DNA of 58,477 nt, the filler included, from Sphacelaria rigidula (lineage: Eukaryota): NCBI GenBank assembly GCA_964200075.2. It is 7 parts of 7 records of this genome, joined end to end, with 100 filler letters (N's around TTAATTAATTAA, not from the genome) between each part and the next. Parts side by side here need not be neighbours in the genome. Positions count along the whole stretch, not along the records: positions 1 to 8,269 come from CAXNAA020011715.1; positions 8,370 to 16,638 come from CAXNAA020011716.1; 5 more parts are not named here. One strand, 5' to 3'. Of the stretch, positions 1-11,624 are shown in pieces. Within the stretch, counting starts at the first letter, position 1, and each line of letters starts with the position of its first letter. A model generated the notes under the pieces. That model was not told where the DNA came from. It was given only the letters and a program-made list of their open reading frames with translations, and ran no database searches. A program made the translations under genes and the position numbers.

Positions 1-92
1 TGGTGTAAGAAAAAATCCCAGATCACTCCGGGAATCGAACCCCACAACTCAACCATCAGGAGTTGAGGAGGTTACCAGCTGAGCCACCATGC
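1..92 (-). mobile_element. tRNA-derived SINE head, cut by contig start
   Basis: Reverse complement has A-box TGGCTCAGCTGG and B-box GGTTCGATTCC, then GATCTGGGATTTTTTCTTACACCA, matching the head of the SINE at 11275-11624. Confidence 0.75.
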
Positions 93-135
93 CCACCTGG
101 AGGTTACCGGCAAGTTAAATCATGTGTTGATGGAA

Positions 136-455
136 CACACGCCGCCATTTGGCTACCTACCTCTAAACTTCCTCCAGGTAGACAGACTTTTCGAGCCCCC
201 AGAGAAATTAAACGCCTCCGGGAGGAGTGCGCGGCCCTCCAGTGGAGATCGTTAGTTTCCCTCCAGAGGGGTTGAACGCCTGTTGAGGGCCGCGCATACC
301 TCCAAATCTCTCCGGAGGGGTGCGCGGCCCTCCGGATCGGTTGAGTTTGGTCTCCTCTAGAGGTATGGAAGGCCTCCGGAGGCTTGTTTTTCCCCCTGGA
401 GGGCCGCGCATCCCTTTGGAGGCATTTTAGGGGTGTAGCCAAATGGCCGCGTGTG
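136..455. mobile_element. Non-autonomous DNA transposon (MITE) with CAC...GTG 21-bp TIRs
   Basis: CACACGCCGCCATTTGGCTAC (136-156) and GTAGCCAAATGGCCGCGTGTG (435-455); AA on both flanks; repeated CCTCCGGAGG and TGCGCGGCCCTCC motifs; second copy inverted at 33996-34348. Confidence 0.8.
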
Positions 456-974
456 AATGTTCCAAGACTTTCATAGGGATACCCGATAGTTTTGTGACGA
501 CTCGACTGTCCTCCACATGATGCTTCGGATGATTACAGGTGATTTCGCTCTATCATGTATCCAGTTAGCCCAGAAGAAGTCAAGTTTTGGTGCTGCTGTA
601 TCGCGGATATCTTGTCGGGGGAGGCGAGAGAGCAGCGCTTTCGAGGGTACGGGTACTTACGCCAGCTTCTGCTTGCAATTGTTGTCGCGGAACTCCGCAG
701 CAGCAGTACCACACAGTAAAGAAAAATTGAGAGCAAGATGTGTACGATGGGAGGACAGCACCGGTTCGTTTTGTTGCGAAACACAAACCCACTTGGGCCT
801 GTGGGAATTAGGTTCGTCTGTTTTCGCCGACAGAAGGAAAACTTGTTGTCGGGAATAGGTCGGTAAGAGCCTTTCAAACAAGTCGTATCTTCAAATTTTG
901 ACCCAAAGAATGTAGTCGCGCATGGTTCTTCTGCCGTATCACCGAGCTCGGGGCTGACAACACTACCGTAGACT

Positions 975-1134
975 TCGCAGCTGACTGCAGTTTGGTGTTT
1001 TGTTTTATGGGAACTTGTCACATAGCGGTGCTACGTGAGGTGAAAGACGCGCGTTGATTTGCAGACTACCATGATGTCATCGTAGGCACAACTCGCGATA
1101 GATAAGTAGGACCGGCTGAACGAAAGTCTGCTTC
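975..1134 (+). repeat. ~160-bp dispersed repeat, inverted partner at 6377-6542
   Basis: Aligns by eye to the reverse complement of 6377-6542 (e.g. GTGAAAGACG-GCGTTGATTTGCAGA, GGCACAACTCGCGATAGAT). Confidence 0.8.
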
Positions 1135-1982
1135 GTGTGCGACCCGGGGCTGTAGTATTTCGAGTGCATGGCTGGGTGGCTGATCAATCCTCATCAGTGG
1201 TGTGCGTACTACTTACTATACGAGATCAAAATGCTATGTGATGACGCGTGTAATGCGTGAAAGGACCGCATCGGAATTCAAACATCCCCGTAATCAAGGT
1301 TAGGATTTGGATTAGGATAAGGAGCGTGGTCCCTGCAGGGACTGGCCCGAATGGTTATGGAAAACGTCGGTCCTCAGGTGTTCACACTACGATACGGTTC
1401 CATGGGCACGCGGTCCTCTCATGCATCACGGAGCGAACAGTGGAAACATCATCCCAGCGATATACTACGCTGCCTCAGCTTCTACCTGGGGTTTCGTACA
1501 CCTGGAGTCAACATGGTGTCGGTGTGCACTGGGAATAGCGCAGGAGACAAGCCAATCGCAGCCTCAACCGGCTAATCAGCGTCCACGAGAAGCTTTTTGG
1601 TTCACAGCGGACGCCCCCAGAAGAGGTACTTGAGCTGCATTCAAGCACGTGATGCATGTTAAGAAGGTGGGAAATTATTGGAAAAGACTCGGGCTCTACG
1701 CCGCGACCACCGCATTATACGAAATATCTCGAGGGCCAACGGTTGCCACAGCAATGCTACATGCCATCCCATGACGTGCACATTGCTCCTTCAGCACGGT
1801 ACACATCCGTCTGTAGGAAACATGGCCGAGGAAGCATTCCAACAAGTTTCCCCATCCTGCACCAGACCCCCCCCCGTCTTGCAAAATGAGAGCGCATAGT
1901 TGGCAAGAAATCTTGCGGGAGATTCCGCACTACTTCTGTCCCCACGGTCCCCAGCAACTCAGATCCATGCGTCGGGGGGAAG

Positions 1983-4900
1983 TTATTCCGCTGTCTCCTT
2001 AGATCGCTTGGTTCCGTTGTACTTCTTGGCGAAGCGCTGCACGAATCAAGGGGAGGCATGACGAATAGAAAACACGAGACGGCACGAAACAGAGGCAACA
2101 ATGGGACGTTTGTGAGTAAACCCAAGACAAAAATAAATTGCCTCGAAGGGTTTGCGTAGCATGTGCACAATATCATGACGATAGTCATCACAGGTCTCGC
2201 TCAACTTTGCTGAGCCGGTCAGAGCCTTAGTTTCATGCCACACGCACGCCTCCTCAGGGTGCCGTGGTCAAGGTAATCAAGATTGACGCCGCATAAAACT
2301 GTGCCGATCACATGCGTGCGAGCCAAGATAAACGTTACATCCATCATTACTTTGACCAGACTTGACGCTACACCGCATCACCCGGTCACCCGCAAGTTAT
2401 CGGCCTTCATAGACAACATGCCTATATTCAACGGAAAGTGTGACGTCAGACTACGGATCATCAAAACTAGGAGGATTTCACCCAGCTTGCAACGTTTCAA
2501 GTTTTGAGAAAAAATATACGAAAATTATAGGAACCACCAAGTGATAGATGTTTTCGCCAGTACAACTATCGCCACCATAGTGCGGTTTTATTCAGGTTTC
2601 ATCTCATGTACACTGGCCTCACCTGGTTCCGAAGGAACTTAGGGTCCATCTGGAAAACGGCCGAGATTTGTCGCGTAGCGAATCGCCATATTCCATGTTT
2701 GCGGCGCCCGCCGACCGAGAGTCGAATGATCGTGGTTCGGAAAAATATCATCAGGGGAAGCAGGGGGGGAAAAGGAGGGCATGTGGACGTGTTAGCTACC
2801 CTTCCTGGCATCTCTATACTCTTCAGACACCAGCGACTTCAAGCCGCAAACAAACGACTCCTCAATGTTTTCACCCCTGGTCACAAGCACCCCACTTTCC
2901 GTTGTATCAACACTCTTTCCTGGGTACAAATTGAAGTGCCGCCTGCCTGTGGTTTGTCCACGTTACTCGTAGATTTTTTCGACAAGAAGTTGCGATGGCA
3001 CACAGCTGTGACATGATGGGTATCGACTAAATGTTCTTCGAATCAAACGAACGCCAAATAATTATCCAAGAAAGACGTCCTCTCTCCACTCTTCAAAAGT
3101 TTGGCTGTGCACTCAAAAAGTGTCCCCGGCGCCAATAGGATTAGGAGCAGCAACAAGTGAGTTTGCCGCAACATAATTGACGTGGGGTAAACCGTGCGCT
3201 GCTATCAGACTTTTGTCACTTCACCCTAATCCCGGGAGAGCAATTACGGTCTAGTGGCAATACCCGTTGGCGGTTTGGTACAAGAAGAAATGTCGGGACT
3301 TGCGCCTAGCTTATGCTGACAGATGGTGAGCGTGCAGCTTACATCGGCGCGATAACAAATTACATCTTGTGGCTCCTAAACTCGTCTCCGTTCGAAAGTC
3401 ATTGCCAACACAAATATTGGGGACGTATGTACGATTATGGATAGGATTATCACGCCCACGTGGATTGATTTTTCATCTTTCGGATTCATCACTCGAGTTC
3501 AAGAGGCGACACCCAAAAAAACACAACAGGGGAAGGATCGACCATTCGATACTTCTCCAGAACATTATCACTCTTTTAAATTCCCCGCATTAATATCATC
3601 GAAGTATACCGCTGTGAAGTGCAAACCAACCTGATACTACATGATCTGCTGCTCAAATGCGAAAAATATGCTGCATAATGTATGGCCTCAAACGACGGAA
3701 CCACATTTTGAAAAAAAAACGACTGTCGGGATTCATATTTGTGAACTCCGTATCTAGAGTTATGTACCGCTTGGACCAACGCGGTGCAATAGTCCTATAA
3801 GAAGTGGAACGCCGCGGGCATTCCAAGTTTTTTTTTTCGAGCCGGAACCGGACGAGGACGTTCTGCACGCAAGTTGAGGATGTTTCACGCTAGAGTCATG
3901 GCATGTTCTCTCGACCGACGTGAAAAAAGAGACGGTTATGGCGGGATTCGAGCCCACGACCTGCCGCTTCATCGGGCGACATATCTGCGCCGTCATATAT
4001 CGACCAAAATGCACGGCACAGTGTATCGCGTCTCGAACTGATATTATTTTGTACGTCCTATACGCCAATACGCGTAGATGTTCTGCCTCAGCCAATATAT
4101 AAGTATATTTACATTGATGTGTTGAGTTTCTACATTCGAAAGTTTTGTCAAGAATCTCGACCCGGCTTTACTTTGTGCTACTTTGCCACGAGCTCGCCCA
4201 GCCGAGAAGCGAATTTGTAGTTCGCAAGCCACGGATACGGCCAATGTTCAAAGTTGGATTTTGAAATTTTGTGTGGACAATGAACAGGGCTACCAGTGCA
4301 CACAAGGGTTTTTTCGTCATGGGCTAGGGGCATTTTACTGACTGAACTGTCTGAAAACTCATCATTACCCTCAAGTCGTGAAAAGAAAAACATTGTGTGC
4401 ACTGGTATTTGTTTTCATTACACCCTGTTCAGTCCATACCAGATTTCAGGGTCCAACTCCAACTATTCGCCGTACAATGGGTCTTCTAGTTGCGATCAGA
4501 AGAAGTTCGGAACACGATTTTGCAAGTCACTTACCGGCCCACGTTTGGTGTTTCGTGTGTTGAAACTTCGTGTGGGCCGTGGCTAGGGCACAATCAATAA
4601 AATGATGTGGGTGAGGTCGTTCTTCTATTTCCTTGATTGTTCTCAGGCGTTCCAGTCTGGTAGAGAGCATTTGAGAAATAAATTACTGTGTTTCAAGTTA
4701 CAATTCTAAATTAAGATATGAAAAGTTGAGATAAGGCCCCAAGAGCAGTGTCATCTCTCTCGAAAACTGCCCTTGAATCCCCGAGAAAAAAAAATCGAGA
4801 GCGAATTTTTTTTTGACAAAAGCTGTTTTGTCAAGCTCTACTCTGCACTAGCGGTTATTCATACGAAATTTCATAGAATGACTCTCAAAAACTGAGACGC

Positions 4901-6112
4901 GATATCCAGACTTAGTTTATCTAGTGCCTCTGCTCGTAATTTCCTGATCTTAGTATGGAAATTATGTGCGCCTCATCTCGAGATAGATCACGAGTCAGGT
5001 GAAGGTGAGGGTATCTATCGTCTCCGCGTACTCCAGGGAATGACTACACCGGAATTCGTCGTCATCCGCTGAGTGCATCGATCGGGGGTTTCATCGAGAT
5101 TCTAGTATGGACGCTATCTCCGTTGCGTGTAGGAGTTACCAGACATGGGGATTAATAAGCAAGAAAACATGGGCCCAAACTTTTGAGCAGATGGGCACCT
5201 TCCCTTTGGACGATTAATACAATATGCGGATCATGGCCCAACTCGTCCGTGTCGACCAAATATTGTTCCAAGAGCTCAAATCCGTGTCCAGGCTGGCCCA
5301 GCACGTACTTGTTCTTTTGGCGAAGACAGACTTTTTCGCGTGTCCATCATTTCTGTCAAAATGTCAGCTTTCACCTCTCCAAAATGGGCCGCGGAAAGCT
5401 GTTTGAGCGCCAAAACTTTCTTCAAGCAAGCCCCGCGCGTACCATACTTTAGCTCTTGCGACAATGATGAAACGATGATGGTCGCACATTTCTCCCGAAA
5501 ACCTATTGCGAATGTGTTCTAGTACTCCGATCAGGACGTGTGTATCGATGTGTACCGACGTCCTACCCAAGCCTTGTCCGCTCTCTTACTGCAAGATCTG
5601 TTCATGAGATTTTTGAAGCCAGTGTGCCGGGCGAACATCTTGACAAAGAGCAAGGCATATTTTGTGTTCGAGTGTACCAGACTGTGTTCAATTTGGCTGT
5701 GATCCTTCCATATTTCGCTCGTGTCTCGAAAGGAAAGCGTGATATGTTCGTTTCTCGGAGTCGTTTGAAACGGGCCACAGTTTTCACCTGGGAAACGTCA
5801 ACGTCTCCGTGAAACCGTCACGTCTATCGGCACCACCAGGCATGCGGTCCTTCAGGGTTATCAGACAGCCGAAAAATCGCCATCTGTTTAGAACCCTGTC
5901 ATTGCCCATATTCTTCAAACGTGAACTTTTACGTGACCTTGTGGTTCGATGCTCAAAGATCGGGCCACCATGAGAGGATTACACTCGTGTGCACTACAGC
6001 AGATGCGCGCCTCGCTTACCCCCTTCATGCTCTTGAACTTGTGGTTCGGCGCCTTCTTGATACCATTGGCGTGGTCCTTGAAGGTGGCATTGCGCCCGGT
6101 GTGGTGCTTTTG
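1983..6112 (-). CDS. RPL29: 60S ribosomal protein L29 (eL29); exons 6112-6020, 2649-2623, 2036-1983; expected short first exon (MAK) not found on this contig
   Basis: Spliced product QKHHTGRNATFKDHANGIKKAPNHKFKSMKG|MDPKFLRNQ|RFAKKYNGTKRSKETAE* matches the eL29 pattern (K.HT..N...K.H.NGIKK.......KG.DPKFLRN.RFAKK.N). All junctions are phase 0 with CAG acceptors and GTAAGC/GTGAGG donors. Confidence 0.93.
3920..3992 (-). repeat. Degenerate tRNA-like/SINE-head fragment in RPL29 intron
   Basis: Minus strand reads GGTCGTGGGCTCGAATCCCGCC (T-arm/B-box-like) followed by a T run; no complete cloverleaf. Confidence 0.4.
5169..5307 (+). repeat. Unclassified dispersed repeat, also at 33638-33780
   Basis: ATGGGCCCAAAC-TTTGAGCAGATGGGCACCTTCCC...GCGGATCA-GGCCCAACTCGT is shared between two different contigs. 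Confidence 0.75.
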
Positions 6113-6376
6113 CTGCTCGATCATGGCCACGCGAGTCGAGTAAAGCAAATGCATTGCAGGATCAACACACAACGAACACATCCCAGCGACAAGCGGACGG
6201 CGATAAGAAGGGCGGGTGTGTTCAGAACGGGGATTGCTTCATACCGGATGACAGCACACGTCGCAGTCTCGGATGCTGTTGCCGCCTAGGAGTAGTAGCG
6301 AGCGGTACTTATGTTGCCGTGTCACGAAACACTCTGTATGAAATGTATAGGAACTGATACACGCTGGGCCGTCCGA

Positions 6377-6542
6377 GAAGCGGACTTTCCTTCAGCCGGG
6401 TCTAACTGACGATCTATCGCGAGTTGTGCCCACCATGACACATCGTGGTAATCTGCAAATCAACGCACGTCTTTCACTTCACGTAGCACTGCGATCTGAC
6501 AAGTTGTCATCAGACGAAATACCAAGCTGTAGTCAGCTGCGA
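6377..6542 (-). repeat. Inverted copy of 975-1134
   Basis: Direct comparison of the reverse complement. Confidence 0.8.
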
Positions 6543-6858
6543 CGTGCAGAGAGTGGAGACTAGCATGGGCGGCGGAATTAGGGAAAAAAAACGGCTGGAA
6601 TCGCACTCACGGTCACAGTCGGTTGTGCCGCGGCCGCAAAGTGATGGTGCTGCACTAGTTGTGGTTGTACAACATTTCATGTCGTACTGCACGCGCACAG
6701 TCTGAGGTGGCACGCAGACGAGACCTTGTAGAGAACGTCAACGTTCGGACTGAGGTTGTCCTCTACAGGCAAGTGAACCGGATCTCGACAGAAAAACGCG
6801 ATTTCACTGCTCAATTTCAAGTCGTCTTCCATGAAATCTTGACACGATATACATCAGT

Positions 6859-7017
6859 TATGTGTGAAGCTCCTACTGTTTCCCCTTCTATTATTTTCCT
6901 TTACCTCCTAAGTTATTTGTCATCTAAAATTCGGAACAGATTTTTCCGAGTTCAAGAGCGTCGACAACTCATCAAAAACAAAAATGTCAAGGGGGACAGT
7001 AGGGACTTCACGACATA
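6859..7017. mobile_element. Small MITE-like element with ~28-bp imperfect TIRs
   Basis: TATGTGTGAAGCTCCTACTGTTTCCCCTT ... AAGGGGGACAGTAGGGACTTCACGACATA. Confidence 0.5.
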
Positions 7018-7131
7018 CCTCATGCGCATCGTGTCGGAAGTTCGTGAAAGAATACTTGAAATTGAGCGGCCTAACCGCGTTTAATTTTTTCGTTGCTGGT
7101 CCATCTCCAAATAGGAGCCAGTCTTAAACAC

Positions 7132-7424
7132 GAACACGCGATTCAACAGCTTGATTTCAGGTCATTTTATGAAATTTTGACACCATGTACAGGATGTGTG
7201 TGCGAAGACGCCACTTTTTCTACTCTTCATTTTGTTTTTTCTTCGTGAATTATCGGGGACCAAACATTTCACGATAGTTTCTTTCGGAACAGAATCGTGA
7301 ATAACTCCAAAAAGACAAGGAACAAAATGTAGGGTGGAAAAGGTGGCGTACTCGCACATACATCCTATACATCGTGTCAAAATTTCATAGAAAACCTGAA
7401 ATTCAGCTGCTAATTGGCGTGTTC
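7132..7424. mobile_element. Foldback/MITE with ~110-bp inverted arms
   Basis: Left arm GAACACGC...TTTCAGGT...TATGAAATTTTGACAC...GCCACTTTTTC is mirrored by GAAAAGGTGGC...GTGTCAAAATTTCATA...ACCTGAAA...GCGTGTTC. Confidence 0.8.
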
Positions 7425-7950
7425 ACATCCCTGGCCGCGTCTTCGGCGGCCCAGCCTGTTTTGAACCGGATACGCGAAAGTTCCCTGCACCCTTCGATGG
7501 CGGAAAAATTGTATCTCCGCGGGAGGTACATTGGCATCTTGGAATCAAGTCAGAAACGTACGCATTTGGCAATACACAATGCTCAGCATCGCATTCCGAT
7601 GCCAAATGGAAAGCGTTCTTCGTGTGTAGGTCGTTGGTCCAAACCACTTGGACCTTGCATTTTGAACGGTGAAGTTCCGTTGCTGCTCTTTCCCTTTGGA
7701 TTCGAGTTATTGCGTAGATGACAATCTGCAAGCGCCAACGCCCAACTGGGGTCCACCGCGTAACACGACAATGTTGCCAGCAAAATGCCCGTGAACGAAA
7801 AAAATTTCAAGCCGGGAGACTTTCATATTCTTGACCAGAGATACCCCCGCCCCGTGCGCGCCCGCGCGCAATTATCAGCGCAAGATGATAGCTTTTGCGG
7901 TTGCTCTCAAGTTGACTTCCAGTTTCCACAACCCGGAGCTAGGGTATCTG

Positions 7951-8120
7951 CGTGTTTTCATTCCATTTATTTTGGACGCCAGTCTACACCTTCGGATGTA
8001 TCTGGGGGCAGTGTGTGACAAAAAAATCGAGGTCGTGAGTGTGACTGGACCAAGATTCGGCCCCACGACCCAACCGTCAAAAGGTTTCGAGATCACCAAC
8101 TAAGCCACCAAGGCGACAGG
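7951..8120 (-). mobile_element. Internally deleted tRNA-derived SINE
   Basis: Head (TGGCTTAGTTGG..CTCGAAACCTTTTGACGGTTGGGTCG) is joined directly to the 3' block AAGGTGTAGACTGGCGTCC; the middle seen in 11275-11624 is absent. Confidence 0.7.
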
Positions 8121-8269
8121 CCCTACAGCTCAGAAGTCGACGCAATTTTCACTTACTGTCACAGTTAGCTTTCATACAGGACTTCCAGCTCTACAAGCAT
8201 AGCCAGAGCGTATCCTACAGTAGTCAGCGTCAGAAGTATGCAGAATCCGTAATTTCCTAGTTTCTTAAA

Positions 8270-8369
8270 NNNNNNNNNNNNNNNNNNNNNNNNNNNNNNN
8301 NNNNNNNNNNNNNTTAATTAATTAANNNNNNNNNNNNNNNNNNNNNNNNNNNNNNNNNNNNNNNNNNNN
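8270..8369. other. Artificial contig spacer
   Basis: N44-TTAATTAATTAA-N44 (stops in all six frames). Confidence 0.99.
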
Positions 8370-10761
8370 TCTAGAATCGTTAGGAGCCCCTGAACCAGAC
8401 AAAATTTCGCGAAAAAAGTGCACCCCTGCCGTAGCATTGCTCAGATGGAACTCTCAAACCTCATGTTGTATGGTACAGGCTGTATGCAGCGCAATCTTGG
8501 TGAAAATACCGCAAGAAACGTCACTCAACGCCCATCAATTGTTCGAGTTGGGACCTGAATTTGTGACCCCTGGTTGGCAAGGTTTGGCCGGATAGGATTG
8601 GTCGTGTCTCGACGAAAATAAGATGAGAGGCTGCTTGGAATAGTTTTCGAACCTGGCACTTCATGTGTCAACGTTTCAGATGAGATGGTCAAATTGGATT
8701 TGTCGTGCTCGGCGGAAACGACAAGAAAAAAAAAGGATCAGCTTGATTGCCTCGGTGAGTACCACTATACCTTCCAAACGACGTCAATTTTTCACATCAT
8801 GACGCCAGATATTGAGTGATGAGGGTCGTCCATCTACGAATCACCTCTTCACATTGGCGACACCCATGAGAAACTCGTCCGCGTCATGAACATATTATGG
8901 TGTTGGATTCGAATCCCGGCTCCCACTTATACGACGAAAAAAGCTGAGCGGGGACAAAAAGCCCGTAAAATTGGTGGGGGACAAGACACCTGGTGGGTGA
9001 CTTCAAAGCAGACTCATACACTCACGGAAAGGTCTTCCGTGGACATCGTTGGCTTGGGGACTCAACACATATGAAACGTGCTACTCGTAAGGTGAAAACC
9101 TCACCGTTGGCCTGGAAAAAGAAGGCACTCCTCTACAAGCCATTTCTCTTTAAAAGACGTACGAGGACGCTCATAAAATGGGGGTGACGTCGGCACCATC
9201 ACATACGAGGGGAAGCCTCCCAAGGAGAGTGCGTCGAGGAGTAACCTTCACATAGTCATACACATCGCGGTTATCGCAAATTTCGCGGCTCCTGGCCAAC
9301 CCAGGTTGACAGCTGTCACCATCATGATATATAGACCCGCCGAATTTCCACGAGTATTGACTCGACCAGTTTGACCATCGGGGCTCGTCGGGAGCCGTGA
9401 TCGCCTGGCATGCTCAATTTTATTTTTCGCCACCACATTGAAGAGCGTTGAAACCAACTATCGTGCTCATGTAGTGCGTATTGCGCTCTTGAAAAAATGT
9501 CCTAGGCGTTGTGTAGTCACCTCTGGAGGAGGATACCCGTCTATAGTTTTGCATCGACGGTGAATCATGAGTTCATCCTGCGGCCGGCGAGCGACGTCTC
9601 TGGGGATGATCGTGTGAACGTTATCCACTCGTGTCGGAGGCCGAACCACAGGAGAAACCCAGTTACATCCACGAGGCAAGCCATGCTTTCACGTTCCAAA
9701 CCTCTCGACTGCGAAGTAATCTTGTGACACTCGCTCACGTACGTGATTCCTGTATTGAAGATCCAAAAGTGTTCCCAGTTACCGGCTTTACCATCCAACG
9801 ACCAAACGTCTACAGTCCGTTAATTTCTCCCGCGCATTGAACCTGCCCAACACATCGACAATTTTCCCATGCCTTTACAACAAAAATCGTCGTTAATACG
9901 AACGGCGTCATGACCAAGCGTCACGGTGTGATCTTCGAGGGGCGGTGTGGCTGACCCCACTGAAGAAGCGCCTAACATCTCGATCTACTGCCAGTTCATA
10001 AACTGCCACGACGGTGCCACATGATTCTACAACGCCCTCCGTTACACAATTTCACGCACTAACTCCCGACTCATGATCCAGGGCCCAACTCTCAACGGCC
10101 GTTCGACCCGAATCTACCCAACTATGCGAGCGTTTCGCGGAGGGACTTCGCGAGAACACCGATCGCAAGATCCATGACAGCAAGGAAAACATTTGTCACA
10201 TGGCTGTCAACTACAAGACAGCAGATCATCTAAATGTGGCGTCCTCAGGGGCAACGCCAAGATTCAACACGCTAGATCCGCTGAGCAACAGCTATGCAAG
10301 CATCTTTATGTACACGTCTAGGGAAGGGAGATTTCTCGACATCATATGTAGTATTCCCGATCATCGTTCCCGTCTTCACCCTCTTCTAGGCCCCCGTAGT
10401 GATACCGCCGACTCGCGGATAGCTCCGCGTCATCTTCGCCGCCATCCATATGCTCGGGCCTCTGCGATTCCGGCATTCTGTCGGCAACCTCCTGCACACG
10501 TGCGCATGCATTGTTTTAGGGAGAGATTTGAGCCGCAACGTTGACTGTACCGAGATAGGATATACTACAGCACTGAGAGCCTTGGGTAACTGATGGTTGG
10601 GAAGTCGATGAAGAAGAAAGTAAGTAGACCACACAGTGGTCATGCCACCTTGACCGTGTTCACTACAAAAACCACGCATTACAGCGCCCACATCGCCACC
10701 TGAGTCTTACGTAAAAGTTGCCGCAAGAGATCAAAGTTGCCACAGGAGAAACATGTCCTGA

Positions 10762-11227
10762 GGCTACTCATGTATCAAAAAATAAAAGTTGTTGAAAAGT
10801 GCGCTTTTGGCCCCTCTCCGTCGTTTTCCCTCCGAAAACAGGGCTAGGCGGATGTTGACACCTTGGAATGGCTTCCTCTACTCGCTGAGACCGTTCCAGG
10901 GCACCTTTGCGTTTCCAGTGGGTCACGATTCCGTTTTCGGCCTAACTTGCATTTCCAATAACAAACGGTAAAGTTACCAAAAAATGTCAGTTTTCCCCCA
11001 TTTCTTTTTTAGCTCGACCGTTTGTTATTGGAAATACAAGTTTGGCCAAAAACAAAACGGTGACCTACGGGAAACGCAAAGGTGCTCAGGAACCGTCTCA
11101 GCGAGTAGAGCAAGTCATTCCAACGTGTCAACATCCGCCTAGCCCTGTTTTCGGAGGGAAAACGACGGAGAGGGGCCAAAAGCGCACTTGTCAACAAGTT
11201 TCATTTTTTGATACATACGAAGTAGCC
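10762..11227. mobile_element. PIF/Harbinger(Tourist)-like foldback MITE with ~208-bp TIRs and TGA TSD
   Basis: Arms 10762-10969 and 11017-11227 are close reverse complements; termini GGCTAC...GTAGCC; TGA at both 10759-10761 and 11228-11230. Confidence 0.85.
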
Positions 11228-11274
11228 TGATGCTCACAAAGTCGTGCGTGTGTACCAATACTAGTGGTACCGTA

Positions 11275-11624
11275 AACCGGTGGCTCAGTTGGAGACCTCG
11301 AAACCTTCTGACGGCTGGGTCGCGGGTTCAATCCTCCGAGCGATCTGGGATTTTTCCTCACACCATGCCCAAGAGTGGAGAGCGACCATGTCGGGGGTAC
11401 ACAAAATTCGACTTGACGGTCGACGAGGGAGAGGGACTGCTGAACTCCTCTCGCGATAAAAAATAAAAGGCGAGCACTGCAGAAGGAAGGTGGGACACTG
11501 AAAACAAACAAAAAAGAAATATCCCCGTGTTGATCTCCCTCCTGTGTGACCCCGGCTGGTGCGCTCACATATACCGAAAGGTGTAGACCGGCGTCGAGAA
11601 AAGATGGGACGATACCACACACAC
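11275..11624 (+). mobile_element. Near full-length tRNA-derived SINE (~350 bp) with (CA)n tail
   Basis: A-box TGGCTCAGTTGG, B-box GGTTCAATCC, body shared with 58215-58477, CACACAC tail, and ACCGTA on both sides (possible TSD). Confidence 0.85.

Noticed and set aside
2650-6019. Intronic C/D snoRNA in RPL29 (RTGATGA on the minus strand near 3490 and 4365)
   Set aside because: No CTGA D box with a terminal stem found at a suitable distance.
8314-8325. TTAATTAATTAA recurring every ~8.37 kb as a biological periodic motif
   Set aside because: Always centred in N runs; it is an assembly linker.
10789-11197. Twin ORFs MLKSALLAPLRRF / MLTSALLAPLRRF as duplicated genes
   Set aside because: They are the two arms of a palindromic MITE.
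11275-11365. tRNA gene ending in CACCA
   Set aside because: No acceptor stem; the sequence continues into a SINE body found in several copies.
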